In this document: positions 46,170-55,763 of the stretch, piece after piece
Layout: every line of letters starts with the position of its first letter
Position numbering within the stretch: the first letter of the stretch is position 1
NCBI GenBank assembly: GCA_044352465.1
Contig: JBILDU010000003.1
Coordinates: 1,752-65,751 of the forward strand
From: Bdellovibrionota bacterium
GTDB taxonomy: Bacteria > Bdellovibrionota_C > UBA2361
DNA length: 64,000 nt
Reading direction: 5' to 3'
Translations under genes and position numbers: made by a program
The notes under the pieces: model-generated
Seen by the model: the letters and a program-made list of their open reading frames with translations, nothing else
What the model was told of the DNA's origin: nothing
The model's database searches: none

Positions 46170-46505
46170 ATGAAGAAGATACTTATATCGATCCTCCTCC
46201 TCGTAGCGGTTGCGCTCTTCCTCCGCCACAATATTTTGTCACACACCGAGGAGTGCGTCGCCCTTGAGGGGGTGACGAAGGAACAGCTCGCTCAGTACGG
46301 TGTATGCTCGAGCGATGCTGAATGCACGATCGTTGGTCTCTCCTGTCCGTTCGACTGTCGTACGCCGGTAGCCCAAACAAATGTGGATGAGACGTTTGCG
46401 GCGGTCTCTGTATATCAGAAAAGCTGCATGATGGTGTGTCCCGATTGCCCGAAGGGAGACAACGCTCGGGCGACGTGTCGTGAGGGCCGGTGTGTGGTGG
46501 AGTAG
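46170..46505 (+). CDS. Small Cys-rich exported or membrane-anchored protein
   Basis: Hydrophobic N-terminus; CSSDAEC, CPFDC, CMMVCPDC and CREGRC motifs. Confidence 0.7.
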   Translation: MKKILISILLLVAVALFLRHNILSHTEECVALEGVTKEQLAQYGVCSSDAECTIVGLSCPFDCRTPVAQTNVDETFAAVSVYQKSCMMVCPDCPKGDNARATCREGRCVVE

Positions 46506-46506
46506 G

Positions 46507-47283
46507 CTACCGCCGGAAAAACTCTCCTTTCAAAAACTCCCCAAATTCACCTAGCACCGAGCGTCGAACGAGGACGATATAATCCAGCGGGGAGTGGCCG
46601 GGAGCCCCCGCAGAGAGGATGGCCGGCTCACCGTCTTGTTTTTGAACTCGAAGCGCTACCGGTGCAAGATCGTTTCGCCGGTTGTTAAACTGATTGACGT
46701 ACTCGGAGACTCGCTCAGCCGCAGCCATATTTCGGTCGGTACGAAGCTGCTCAGAAGAAGTAAGGGCTTGCTGAGACCCAGCCAGGCTCTCCACATAAGC
46801 CCGTTCGACCGCTTGAAAAAAGGCAGGATAGCGTAACCTCGTATCGTTGAAATGAAGATCCTGGAGTCTTTCTGGGCTAAGGTGTTTCACCCCTATACTG
46901 CGATTATGACTCGCCCGGATCGCGAACGGCGCTTCGATATCGCTCAGGTGTTTGGAGAATCTCTCGTACTGCCCCTGGTAGCGTATCGCAAAGGGAGGTG
47001 CTGGAGTACCGATCTGTATCGCGGTCGTTGTCGGAGTAGCTAGCTCGGCAGCGCTGATATGAAACGGGACATCGAGCGCTCGTAGCCCATGGACCAGTGA
47101 GACAAGGCTTCGGTCCGGCCCCGGATCGAGACCTCTAAGGATAGCCTGTACCTCCTCTCGAGCCTTCTCCCAACCCTGCATCTTCCCAAGGGTCAGCTGA
47201 TGAGAGAGCTCCTCCTGGGGGGTGAGTGATAAATCGCGGAGGCTCTGACGGGGGGCGTCCACCACTTTTTGATCGAATGGCAT
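46507..47283 (-). CDS. Hypothetical protein
   Basis: 258-aa ORF filling the gap; no family recognised. Confidence 0.6.
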   Translation of the reverse strand: MPFDQKVVDAPRQSLRDLSLTPQEELSHQLTLGKMQGWEKAREEVQAILRGLDPGPDRSLVSLVHGLRALDVPFHISAAELATPTTTAIQIGTPAPPFAIRYQGQYERFSKHLSDIEAPFAIRASHNRSIGVKHLSPERLQDLHFNDTRLRYPAFFQAVERAYVESLAGSQQALTSSEQLRTDRNMAAAERVSEYVNQFNNRRNDLAPVALRVQKQDGEPAILSAGAPGHSPLDYIVLVRRSVLGEFGEFLKGEFFRR

Positions 47284-47462
47284 CGGAGTCTCGTAAAACT
47301 AAGCCATAAAACAAAAAAGTTATGGGGGGTGCTTGAGCTCACATGCCCTTTTCGGCGCATTTTAAGGCAAGATGATCGATCAGAGTGTTCGCATGATGGG
47401 GCTTCGTTCGTCCGGCCCCCCGGCATGGTACCGTTCCCTTCAAATCAACAAGGGAGGTAGCT

Positions 47463-47867
47463 ATGGTGGTACACGAGATTATGACGCGAGACCCGGAGTT
47501 CCTCGAGACGAAGCAAACCCTACGGGACGCGGTGAATAAGTTCCGGGAGCTCAACATTCGGCACCTTCCCGTGGTGCATGAGGGAGATCTGATCGGTATG
47601 GTGAGCGACCGCGACATCGCCTCGTTCGCCCGAGGACTCGATGTTTTCGCCCCGAGCGCGCTCGATGCAGCGCTCGACCGTCCGATGGAGGATTTCATGC
47701 AAGGCGATGTGTTGTCGGTCGATGAGGATACCGATGTCGCCGAGGTAATCGATACCATGATCGATCAGCGGATCGGGGCACTGCCGGTGGTTGATGCTCA
47801 TTCGGGCCGGCTGTGCGGTATCGTTAGCTACGTTGATGTTCTAAAGGTAGCGCGGGGGGTGCTGTAG
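47463..47867 (+). CDS. CBS-domain protein
   Basis: RBS GGGAGG; IMTR, IRHLPVV..LIGMVSDRD and IGALPVVD..GIVSYVD motifs. Confidence 0.92.
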   Translation: MVVHEIMTRDPEFLETKQTLRDAVNKFRELNIRHLPVVHEGDLIGMVSDRDIASFARGLDVFAPSALDAALDRPMEDFMQGDVLSVDEDTDVAEVIDTMIDQRIGALPVVDAHSGRLCGIVSYVDVLKVARGVL

Positions 47868-47982
47868 CTCCCTCCGTCGCTGGGGCACGTGGGGCCGGGG
47901 GCTTATTGAGGCCCCCATGTCGCCAATTAAATTCCCCCTTTTCTTGAGCGGCGTTGTTTTTTAAGGCAACGCCGCAGAGGTC

Positions 47983-47999
47983 TCGGCAAAAGATCTGCT
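47983..47999 (+). promoter_or_regulatory. Possible sigma54 (-24/-12) promoter upstream of the T3SS operon
   Basis: TCGGCAAAAGATCTGCT has GG-N10-GC spacing; inverted repeat GCGGCGTTG...CAACGCCGC at 47948-47975 just upstream. Confidence 0.3.
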
Positions 48000-48182
48000 C
48001 CTGATGGCCCTGCTGGTCCGCTCAAATTGCCGATGGATCGGCAACGCTTTTCTTTTTTTCACGATACCTAAATTCGGGCATCGAATATCGACTTCAGTGG
48101 TGTAGGTTGCGGCTCGTCGCACCAAGACACCGCTTGTTCGGTAGATGGTGTTTTTCGCCTTGCCTCAAAAAGCAAGGTGCTC

Positions 48183-48995
48183 ATGGAGACGACTATCTTT
48201 GTTGGGAGCCCGATGGAGCCAGCGATCGATCTTTCAGCTCGTCACGAGCTTGTTGATGAATATCGTGAATACGCGAAACGAATCACCGCCCATTTGGTTC
48301 GCTTCCTCCATCTTCCGCAAGACCGGTACGATGACTTTGTGTCTGCGGCGTATCTAGGGCTCGTCGAGGCGGCGTCCCGGTTCGATTTCTCCTCGAAAGC
48401 GTCGTTTCGATCGTATGCGTATCTCCGCATCAGAGGGGCGATCATCGATTGTATCCGCGACACCGCTGAAGTAAGTGGCAAAGCCTATCACCGTCTCCGC
48501 GCGCTCGAAGCGGCCCAAGATTTACGGGAGCAGATCGCCTCCGAACCGGAGTCGCCGAAGCGGGCGCTGGTCGCGGAGAAGCTGGGGCGAATCTTAGACT
48601 TTGCTGCGACAGCGAGTCTGAGCTACCGCTTGAGCCTGATTGATGCCGAAAACGAGCTCTCCACTCGGGGTGACACCCCCGGTGATCCAGGGCAGATCTT
48701 CGAGTCCCGTGAGCTCACCCGAAAAATTCGGCAATTTGTGGAAACGCTCCCCGAAAATGAGCGAAACGTTATCCGTGAATACTATTACAACGGATTACCT
48801 TTCTCGCAGATAGCGGAGGCGTATGGCAGGAGGTCGAAATCGTGGGTTTCACGCTTACATCGGAAAGCGTTGCACCACCTCCATGAACAGGTGGTGGCGT
48901 ATCACGCCGGGGTTCCCCCGCCGGTTTGGGGTGAGGGTGAGTCGCCTCCTCGGAATGAGCCTGTGTGTGGTGAGCTTGCTGGGGTGTCGGCGTGA
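48183..48995 (+). CDS. Sigma-28 (FliA/WhiG-type) RNA polymerase sigma factor
   Basis: DDFVSAAYLGLVEAASRFD, FRSYAYLRIRGAIID and LPENER.VI..YY....F..IA....SKSWVSRLH motifs. Confidence 0.88.
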   Translation: METTIFVGSPMEPAIDLSARHELVDEYREYAKRITAHLVRFLHLPQDRYDDFVSAAYLGLVEAASRFDFSSKASFRSYAYLRIRGAIIDCIRDTAEVSGKAYHRLRALEAAQDLREQIASEPESPKRALVAEKLGRILDFAATASLSYRLSLIDAENELSTRGDTPGDPGQIFESRELTRKIRQFVETLPENERNVIREYYYNGLPFSQIAEAYGRRSKSWVSRLHRKALHHLHEQVVAYHAGVPPPVWGEGESPPRNEPVCGELAGVSA

Positions 48996-49680
48996 GGCGC
49001 TGGTTCACGATCTGAGCGAGCGCGAGGCCAATAAGATTTTAACTGAGCTCCATGGTGAGCGTATCGAAGCGACCAAGCGAGTAGAGCCGAATGGGCTCTA
49101 CGCTTTAGAGGTTGAGCCCGCCGCGATGGTCGAAGCGCTCAGGTACCTTGAGAACAATCGACTCCTCCGGGAGCGCGCAATGGTGAAAGCTGAGGGGAGT
49201 CCGTTCGGTGGGACGCGTGAGGAGCGCCGCTTTCGGTTTGAACGCTCGATGAGCCGAGAGATCGAGGTGACCCTTGAGCGGGTTCCAGGGGTGCGTGAGG
49301 CACGAGTACATCTAAACCTACCGCCGACGGAGTCGATTTTCGGTGGCAACGAGAGTAAACCGCCGGCGTCGGGGAGCGTTCTCATCGTCGCGTCTGGGAA
49401 AGCTATGCTCGAGCGTGAAGCGGTAGCGGCGATCGTGGGTGGCGCGGCGGGGCTTAGTCCAGCAGCGGTTACCGTGGTGATTCATGTGGCCAAAGGGATC
49501 GCCGAGCTTCCTGTGGTCGCACCATCAGCCACGCTCCCGGTGCGGGCGGAGTCGCTTGTTTGGGGGCTGACCCGCTCGGTGCGGTGGCCGGTTGCGGGCG
49601 CACTCCTCGTGATCGGTGGTGCGCTCCTCTTCGTCGGGCTCCGCCCGGTAAGGAGGCGTGGGCGGGTGGCAACGGCATGA
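48931..49680 (+). CDS. sctJ: T3SS inner-membrane ring lipoprotein SctJ (PrgK/YscJ family)
   Basis: Lipobox SLLG-C, LVHDLSEREANKI, EIEVTLERVPGVREARVHL, ASGSV and a C-terminal TM; too short for FliF; start uncertain (48883-48937). Confidence 0.8.
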   Translation: MRVSRLLGMSLCVVSLLGCRREALVHDLSEREANKILTELHGERIEATKRVEPNGLYALEVEPAAMVEALRYLENNRLLRERAMVKAEGSPFGGTREERRFRFERSMSREIEVTLERVPGVREARVHLNLPPTESIFGGNESKPPASGSVLIVASGKAMLEREAVAAIVGGAAGLSPAAVTVVIHVAKGIAELPVVAPSATLPVRAESLVWGLTRSVRWPVAGALLVIGGALLFVGLRPVRRRGRVATA

Positions 49681-49916
49681 AGGAGCCGGGGGGCGATATG
49701 CGAATGCGAGACATACTGAATATGGTTCTCTCCGATTGGGAGGAGGGGATAGCGGCGAGTGCGTTTGTGCAGGGGGCAAACGCTGCGGAGCTAGCCCTTC
49801 ACCCGCTCCACCAAGAGCGGGTAGCACGAGCGGTCGAAGGGCTTAAAAATCTGCCGAAGCGGGTCGCGACCGAGTTGGCGCTTGAGGCTCTCACGGTGGG
49901 AGCTCGGCGTTCATGA
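49677..49916 (+). CDS. Small T3SS-cluster protein (SctK-position hypothetical)
   Basis: ATGA overlaps with both neighbouring genes. Confidence 0.5.
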   Translation: MKEPGGDMRMRDILNMVLSDWEEGIAASAFVQGANAAELALHPLHQERVARAVEGLKNLPKRVATELALEALTVGARRS

Positions 49917-50860
49917 CACTGTGGTCTGAACCTGATGTAATCGAACGGATCGTTGGCGAGCTATGGGCTGCTCTCTACGGTGGGGCCCCGCTGGTAATGG
50001 TGACTGAGCGATCGATGCCTTTTGAGCAAGACCTGCCGTGGATAGCGCTGGCAAATGCGGCTGGAGACACCCTCTGGGTTGCGTGGGGCGATCCGCTCAG
50101 TCACCCGAGTATTATAAGTCGTACGGCTCACATCGCCCGGCGAATCTTTGGGTTGGAGCTTGGTCGGTGTTTCCAGGTAAGCGACGGCTCAGGGATAGTC
50201 TCCCCGCTTCATCAGCGGGAGATAGTTTTGAATACCTCGGGGGCGTCGCTGCGTGGGTGGGTAGCGCACTCGAACGGGGTGCGGTACGGAGCTGAGATTT
50301 CACCGATAACCGAACGGATACTCACGGCGAGCGTTGTTGCAATCGCTGTCGCCGTTGTCGGAGTTACCGTTGAGCTTGTCAGGGGTGCGGTGATCTTTTT
50401 CGAGGGTATTGCTCTCCGTTCACCGGGGCGGGGGGTGTATTCGCGACTGTGGGAGAGAAGAGCAGGGGTGATCGTTGTGGAGGTGGGTGAGTCGATGAAG
50501 CGAGGAGCGGTTGAAATCCCTCAGTTATCTGATGAGGGAGTTGCAGTGGAAATCGATATCGGTGCTTTTGAGATGAAGCTCGGAGAGCTCGTGGCGCTCC
50601 GTCCAGGGGCGACCGTAACACTTCCGTGTGGTCGTGAAGTGCGCGGAATTTTGAAGCTTGAAGGCGCTGAGCTCGGTTTTGTCACCTTGGAATTTAGAGA
50701 GGATTCCCTTGTGGCTACGGTCGAGGAGCTTACCCTTTTTCCGGGTATTAAAGTCGGCGCAAAAAAAGAAGGCAACAGTCTTCGAAAATCTCCGAGTATA
50801 CCTGTGGGGCCAGGGAGCTCGGAGTCTCTCGGCCCAGCATATGAGTTGGAGGAGCTATGA
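49913..50860 (+). CDS. sctQ: SctQ / FliM-FliN family (SpoA domain) sorting-platform protein
   Basis: C-terminal VEIDIGAFEMKLGELVALRPGATVTL SpoA signature. Confidence 0.7.
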   Translation: MTLWSEPDVIERIVGELWAALYGGAPLVMVTERSMPFEQDLPWIALANAAGDTLWVAWGDPLSHPSIISRTAHIARRIFGLELGRCFQVSDGSGIVSPLHQREIVLNTSGASLRGWVAHSNGVRYGAEISPITERILTASVVAIAVAVVGVTVELVRGAVIFFEGIALRSPGRGVYSRLWERRAGVIVVEVGESMKRGAVEIPQLSDEGVAVEIDIGAFEMKLGELVALRPGATVTLPCGREVRGILKLEGAELGFVTLEFREDSLVATVEELTLFPGIKVGAKKEGNSLRKSPSIPVGPGSSESLGPAYELEEL

Positions 50861-51177
50861 GTAGTGAGATGTTAAAGGTGCAGGGCGCGAACTCCGCTAT
50901 CGGGGGCACTTTTGTTGAAACGAGTGGGTTGGGCCGTTTTATTCCCGAGCCCCGCAGCAGTACGGCGGTTAATTTTAGGGGTGTCCTCGCGGGGGCTGCA
51001 TCGCTTCTTCGAAGTGGGGTAGGGGCCGTGACCGGTGTCGAACCGATCTACCAAGACCTACTCGATAAGCAGATCGAGATGCAGTTACAGATGCAACTCG
51101 TGACGCTCGAGTCGAATATCGAAAAGTCGCGCCATGAGACACAGATGGCGGCTATCCGTAACGTTCGCTCGGCCTAA
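50857..51177 (+). CDS. T3SS needle / inner-rod-like subunit
   Basis: C-terminal QMQLVTLESNIEKSRHETQMAAIRNVR resembles SctF/SctI C-terminal helices (SN..K......I..N.R). Confidence 0.55.
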   Translation: MSSEMLKVQGANSAIGGTFVETSGLGRFIPEPRSSTAVNFRGVLAGAASLLRSGVGAVTGVEPIYQDLLDKQIEMQLQMQLVTLESNIEKSRHETQMAAIRNVRSA

Positions 51178-51308
51178 CGGATGGAGTGGCTCTGGGGCTA
51201 TGCCGCAAGGCCGAGCCTCAGCGCCTCAAGACAGAGCCGCAAGAGAGGGCCGCAAGATAGAGGGCCCCAGGGCATATTACTGAGTGTTTTAGAGGATGAG
51301 GTGACGGA

Positions 51309-53126
51309 GTGAGTGAGCTCTTCGTTCCTATCGGCATCATCGGGATACTTATCAGTATGGTGGTGCCCCTCTCCCCGGGGGTGCTCGATATCTTGCTCGT
51401 CACGAACCTTATAGGGGCGCTTTTTCTCCTCCTCCTCACCGTATCGGTTTCGGAGCCATTAAAGCTTTCAGCGCTACCCACGATCCTTCTTCTCACCACG
51501 CTTTTTAGGCTCGCCCTTAATATATCAACGACGCGCCTTATTTTGGGCTTCGGCGATGCTGGCGATGCGGTCGCGGCATTCGGCGAGATCGTGATCCAGG
51601 GTAATCTGGTTGTCGGAGCGGTAATATTTCTCGTTCTCACCCTCATTCAATTCATCGTTATCGCCAAGGGGTCGGAGCGGGTCGCCGAGGTCTCAGCCCG
51701 CTTTACGCTCGACGCTTTACCGGGCAAACAGATGTCCATCGACGCCGATGTGCGGGCGGGTCTTCTGGATATCGAGGGAGCGAGGTTAAAGCGTCAGGAG
51801 CTCCAGATCGAATCGCGCTTCTACGGCGCGCTCGATGGGGCGATGAAGTTCATCAAAGGTGACGCGATAGCGGGCATTATCATCACCGTCGTCAATATCA
51901 TCGGAGGCTTCGTGATTGGGGCGACGATGCGAGGGCTTTCGGTGAGCGAAGCACTTTCAACGTATACGCTCCTTACCGTTGGAGATGGTCTGCTTTCGCA
52001 GATCCCCGCCCTTCTCAATGCGCTCTCAGCAGGGATGATCGTGACCCGGGTGACGCGCGGGGATGGGGTGCCACTGGCTCGAGAGCTGGTGCATCAGCTG
52101 GGTCAGCTGCGGGGGGTCAAACTTCTCATTGGAAGCATGGCTATCATTTTCAGTGTGGTGCCAGGCATGCCCACGACACCGTTTCTGCTTCTCGGGGGAG
52201 CGTTATTCGTGAGCGCTGCGCTCAGGCGGGACGAGGGAAGTGAGGCTGTGCTCCCGGCTTTGCCCGTATTTGAGCCGAGGATCCCCCCCCTTTTCGAGGT
52301 CAGGGTGAAAGAGCTTTTGCGGCACCGGGAGGGTGTTCGGTCGGCGTACGATGGGGCTCGGCAGCAAGCTTACGAGGCGATGGGTCTTTTGATGCCCCCT
52401 CTCGCGTTCGGAGAGCTTCCTGGCGAGGGAGAGGGCTGGGAGATACATCTGCGGGGGATCCCTGTGGGCGCGGGGGCGGCCTTGCCGGGAATGGCGGAGC
52501 AACTGAGGGAGATCATGCTCACCCACGGGGTCGAGTGTATCGACGACATTTTCACCCGCAGGCTGCTCGATCTTTTCGATCGAGAGGCGCCTGAGCTAGT
52601 GTCGAACGTGGTGCCGGGAGTGGCAACGGTCACCCAACTGACAGAGGTGCTTCGGGAGCTCGTTCGAGAAGGAGTATCGATTCGCAGCTTCGACACGATT
52701 TTACAAGCAGTAGCGGAGTCGAGCGGTCGGTCGCTCTCGGAGCGGGCGCTGCTTCAAGAGGTGCGGGTGGCGCTTCGGCGGGTAATCTCGCAGGGACATA
52801 TCAACGATGAGGGAACGGTGCATGCGCTCACCCTCGATCCCGTCATCGACCTCACCTTTACGCGGGTTGAGCGGGAGCATCGGCCCCTCGACCTTGATCT
52901 CGTCGGGGAGCTCTGCCGTGTGGCGGCGACCCATCCAAAGGTGCCTGTGATCACCTCGAAAGGGGCGCGGGGAACGGTGCGGGATTGCCTGCGAGCGAAG
53001 GGCCTACGGAACTCAGCGCTCGCGTTTGAAGAGCTGGTTGAGGGTATCGGTGTGGTGAGCGTCGGCCATGTTCACTTCAAAGACGAGTCTACCGCAGGGA
53101 GGGTCCTCGATGCGCTGGCGGCTTAA
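51309..53126 (+). CDS. sctV: T3SS export gate SctV (FlhA/YscV/HrcV family)
   Basis: LLLTTLFRLALNISTTRLIL, KGSERVAEVSARFTLDALPGKQMSIDAD, FYGALDGAMKFIKGDAIAG and TVGDGLLSQIPALL motifs. Confidence 0.93.
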   Translation: MSELFVPIGIIGILISMVVPLSPGVLDILLVTNLIGALFLLLLTVSVSEPLKLSALPTILLLTTLFRLALNISTTRLILGFGDAGDAVAAFGEIVIQGNLVVGAVIFLVLTLIQFIVIAKGSERVAEVSARFTLDALPGKQMSIDADVRAGLLDIEGARLKRQELQIESRFYGALDGAMKFIKGDAIAGIIITVVNIIGGFVIGATMRGLSVSEALSTYTLLTVGDGLLSQIPALLNALSAGMIVTRVTRGDGVPLARELVHQLGQLRGVKLLIGSMAIIFSVVPGMPTTPFLLLGGALFVSAALRRDEGSEAVLPALPVFEPRIPPLFEVRVKELLRHREGVRSAYDGARQQAYEAMGLLMPPLAFGELPGEGEGWEIHLRGIPVGAGAALPGMAEQLREIMLTHGVECIDDIFTRRLLDLFDREAPELVSNVVPGVATVTQLTEVLRELVREGVSIRSFDTILQAVAESSGRSLSERALLQEVRVALRRVISQGHINDEGTVHALTLDPVIDLTFTRVEREHRPLDLDLVGELCRVAATHPKVPVITSKGARGTVRDCLRAKGLRNSALAFEELVEGIGVVSVGHVHFKDESTAGRVLDALAA

Positions 53127-53673
53127 AAGTGTTTTTCCACTTCTCGCTCTGTGCGGGTGTGCGCTGTCACCTCCGCACCCCGACTCGGGACGAATTCACG
53201 ATGCGCGGGTGCTTATCGACCGGGGCACGGTAGCTCTGCGCGGGGGGCAACTCAATGAGGCGGGGGCAAGCTACCGACTAGCACTTGAGCTTACACCGCT
53301 GCCTGAGGCGTTTGATGGGCTTGGGTGTGTTGCGTTTCTGAGGGGAGACCTCGGGGCGGCTGAGGATTTGTTTCGAACCGCGCTACGGGTCGCCCCGGAT
53401 TATCCTCAGGCGCTCGGGAACTTAGCCCTTCTCCATGAGGTACGTGGGGAGCGGGTGGCCGCACACTCCCTTTATGAGCGGGCGCTTGCCAGTGAACCCC
53501 GCAATTTCCGGGCGCGGCTCAACTACGCCGCCTTCCTTGAAGGGGAGAATGATCGTACCCTGACACGCAGAGCCTATATCGAGCTCTTAAAAGCTCGAGC
53601 GATCGCGGAGCATCCCCTGATTCAGCTGAATATCGCCCGTGTAACCGATTTCGAAAGGAGCTCAGATGAATAA
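53110..53673 (+). CDS. TPR-repeat lipoprotein (pilotin-like)
   Basis: MRWRLKSVFPLLALCG-C lipobox and three or four TPR motifs. Confidence 0.75.
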   Translation: MRWRLKSVFPLLALCGCALSPPHPDSGRIHDARVLIDRGTVALRGGQLNEAGASYRLALELTPLPEAFDGLGCVAFLRGDLGAAEDLFRTALRVAPDYPQALGNLALLHEVRGERVAAHSLYERALASEPRNFRARLNYAAFLEGENDRTLTRRAYIELLKARAIAEHPLIQLNIARVTDFERSSDE

Positions 53674-53989
53674 ACCAAAACGTGTCACCGCTGCAAGAAA
53701 GCCGGTCGTCAAGAAAAGTACACCGAAGTCGAAGCCGCGAGGGCTCGATCCGAAGGTCTTAGCCGAGCGGGAGTTTTGGCAGAAACAGATCGATAATTTA
53801 GTAGGCCGTGAGTTTGTGTCGCTCGACGCCGCGATTGAGGCGATCGTGGACGAGGTCTTGAACGTTATCGCCCCAGGAGAAAAGCACGACCCAGAGGAGC
53901 GCGCGATGCTACAGACCCTGTTAGTGACCGATCCCGATTTTTCGGAGGATCTAAGGAACGTCCTAAAAATCAAAGCCCCAAAGCGGTAA
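53666..53989 (+). CDS. Hypothetical protein
   Basis: RBS AAGGAG; overlaps the TPR gene; basic N-terminus and acidic helical core. Confidence 0.6.
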   Translation: MNKPKRVTAARKPVVKKSTPKSKPRGLDPKVLAEREFWQKQIDNLVGREFVSLDAAIEAIVDEVLNVIAPGEKHDPEERAMLQTLLVTDPDFSEDLRNVLKIKAPKR

Positions 53990-54047
53990 CGGCGCTTTGA
54001 GTAAAGACGATTCGAGGTGTCAGCGGAAAGTTTACAGCCGTTACCGG

Positions 54048-54437
54048 TTACTCAGCTTCCGCGACGATGCTGGCGAGCACCCGACACGCATCGGTCGTTG
54101 TAAATATTCCAACGAGTTTATCTTTGTCCATGACGAGAGCGCAGCCGAAGCGCTCTTCGGCCATCTGTGCCGCGACCTTATCGAGCGGCTCCTTCGGTGA
54201 AACAACGAACGGCTCAGGAGTATAGACCTCTGAGATAGTGAGCTTCTTGCTCAACGCGAGTCCGAAAGTGATGTCGCGTTCGGAGACTATCCCGATGAGC
54301 TTCTCCCCTTTAAGCACGGGCAGGTGGCGCACCCGGTGCTTTCGCATCATATCGACGGCATGGGCGATCGAGTCATCGATCAAAACCCGATGCGGGCACG
54401 GGCTCATCACCGTCGAGATAGGGGGCGTGGATTTCAT
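54048..54437 (-). CDS. CBS-domain protein
   Basis: VRHLPVL..LIGIVSERD and FGCALV..LVGIFTTTD motifs. Confidence 0.9.
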   Translation of the reverse strand: MKSTPPISTVMSPCPHRVLIDDSIAHAVDMMRKHRVRHLPVLKGEKLIGIVSERDITFGLALSKKLTISEVYTPEPFVVSPKEPLDKVAAQMAEERFGCALVMDKDKLVGIFTTTDACRVLASIVAEAE

Positions 54438-54818
54438 AACAGCCTCTTCAGAGGAGGAAAAATGTTTTTACGGGGACAACTCAACAAATATACTCACCGC
54501 ACGACGAGTTATCAACGATTCTTGGCTGGTTAGCGATGATTTAAAGTGCTCCCACGCCATCCTCTGAAACCGTGGTGAGGCGGTGACGGAGGCTACAAAG
54601 TCGAGCCACGCTCATTTGTTGTGTTCGGGTACTTCGATGGGACGAGCCTCTACACTGACCTCATCGAGGTTGCTCCAAGCTTTGTTCCGTCAGCGGTGCC
54701 TTGAAATTCGTAAATGCATCCATGGACTTACTGGTGCGGGTTTGGCGGGCTCTCCACCCCATTAAAATGGGCACTACTATCGGCGCTCCATGTTCCGCGC
54801 ATCTTGCGGGCAATTCCC

Positions 54819-55763
54819 TCACGCCGCCTCATCTCGGTGCAACATTTCTGCTATCGCGGTGATCGTTCCCGGTGAATTACCCTCGGCGCGGTTGTTGATA
54901 ATAATGAATGCGTCGATATCACGCTCGATCGCCCGTTTTATGAGTCTTACCACATCGCGGCGCATCGCCTCGTTCGGTCTTTTGACCGCATCGTAGGGTT
55001 CAAAAAGCTTTACTGCTCCTTCGTAGCTCACCCCAAGGGGCGTCAAGATTCGGGCAACGTAGAAGTCTGCTCTAAGCCCTCCGGCAAGCGCTGCGCGCCT
55101 CATCTGGTCAACCAGGGGGGGCATGAGGTACCAGTGATTAAAACAGTGCGTCGCACCGCAGTCGTTGAGGATGTGGAAGTAGTCGGGCACTAAAAACTCA
55201 GGGTTACGGAGCTCGGTGGCGTATCGAAAGTCGACGGGGAGCGCTGTGAGAAAGCTGTGTAGCCGGGCTACAAACTCGCGTGCTTCCAGTACCTCCGGCC
55301 GGATCGTGGGAAACTGGAACACGAATGGACCGACATGGGGCCGCACCGCCGGTGAAAGATGGGGTTTCAGGACCGCGTCGATAAAGAGCTGGGGATTCAG
55401 AAAATCGGGGTTCACCTTGCCCCGTTCGGTGCCGTATCGGGGGTGGGTCGGGTAGCGCGGAATCGTTATTCGCTCCCACACCTTCTCCACCCATTGAAAA
55501 GAGGGGGGCACCTGACTGGCATACCTTTCGAGGAGCTCCTCCGAGGGAGGCTTGTAGAACGCCGAATCGATGCCGACCGAGCGGAAGAGGGGGCACTGGG
55601 CATACTCTTCGAGCGAGCTTCCCCGGAACTCCCGCTCGCTTTTGTATCGGCGGTGATAGATCAGCCCCTTCCACCCCGGATAGGTCCAAGAGCTGCCCCC
55701 GAAACGGATCTTCGCCGGGAGTGCCTCCACCGGTGCTGGATTGAGCGGTTGAGGCACACTCAT
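54819..55763 (-). CDS. DUF72-domain protein
   Basis: FGGSSWTYPGW, IDSAFY..P, VFQFP, ELRN and INNRAEG motifs. Confidence 0.88.
   Translation of the reverse strand: MSVPQPLNPAPVEALPAKIRFGGSSWTYPGWKGLIYHRRYKSEREFRGSSLEEYAQCPLFRSVGIDSAFYKPPSEELLERYASQVPPSFQWVEKVWERITIPRYPTHPRYGTERGKVNPDFLNPQLFIDAVLKPHLSPAVRPHVGPFVFQFPTIRPEVLEAREFVARLHSFLTALPVDFRYATELRNPEFLVPDYFHILNDCGATHCFNHWYLMPPLVDQMRRAALAGGLRADFYVARILTPLGVSYEGAVKLFEPYDAVKRPNEAMRRDVVRLIKRAIERDIDAFIIINNRAEGNSPGTITAIAEMLHRDEAA

Noticed and set aside
48001-48100. Sigma28 autoregulatory promoter (GCCGATGG at 48029)
   Set aside because: No TAAA -35 element at the correct spacing.
48183-53126. Flagellar operon (fliA/fliF/fliN/flhA)
   Set aside because: The ring protein is a roughly 250-aa lipoprotein of SctJ type, a needle-like gene is present and no flagellum-specific genes are nearby; a phylogeny is still needed to be certain.
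54438-54818. Possible gene or ncRNA in the 380-bp gap
   Set aside because: Only short ORFs without motifs and no recognisable RNA family.
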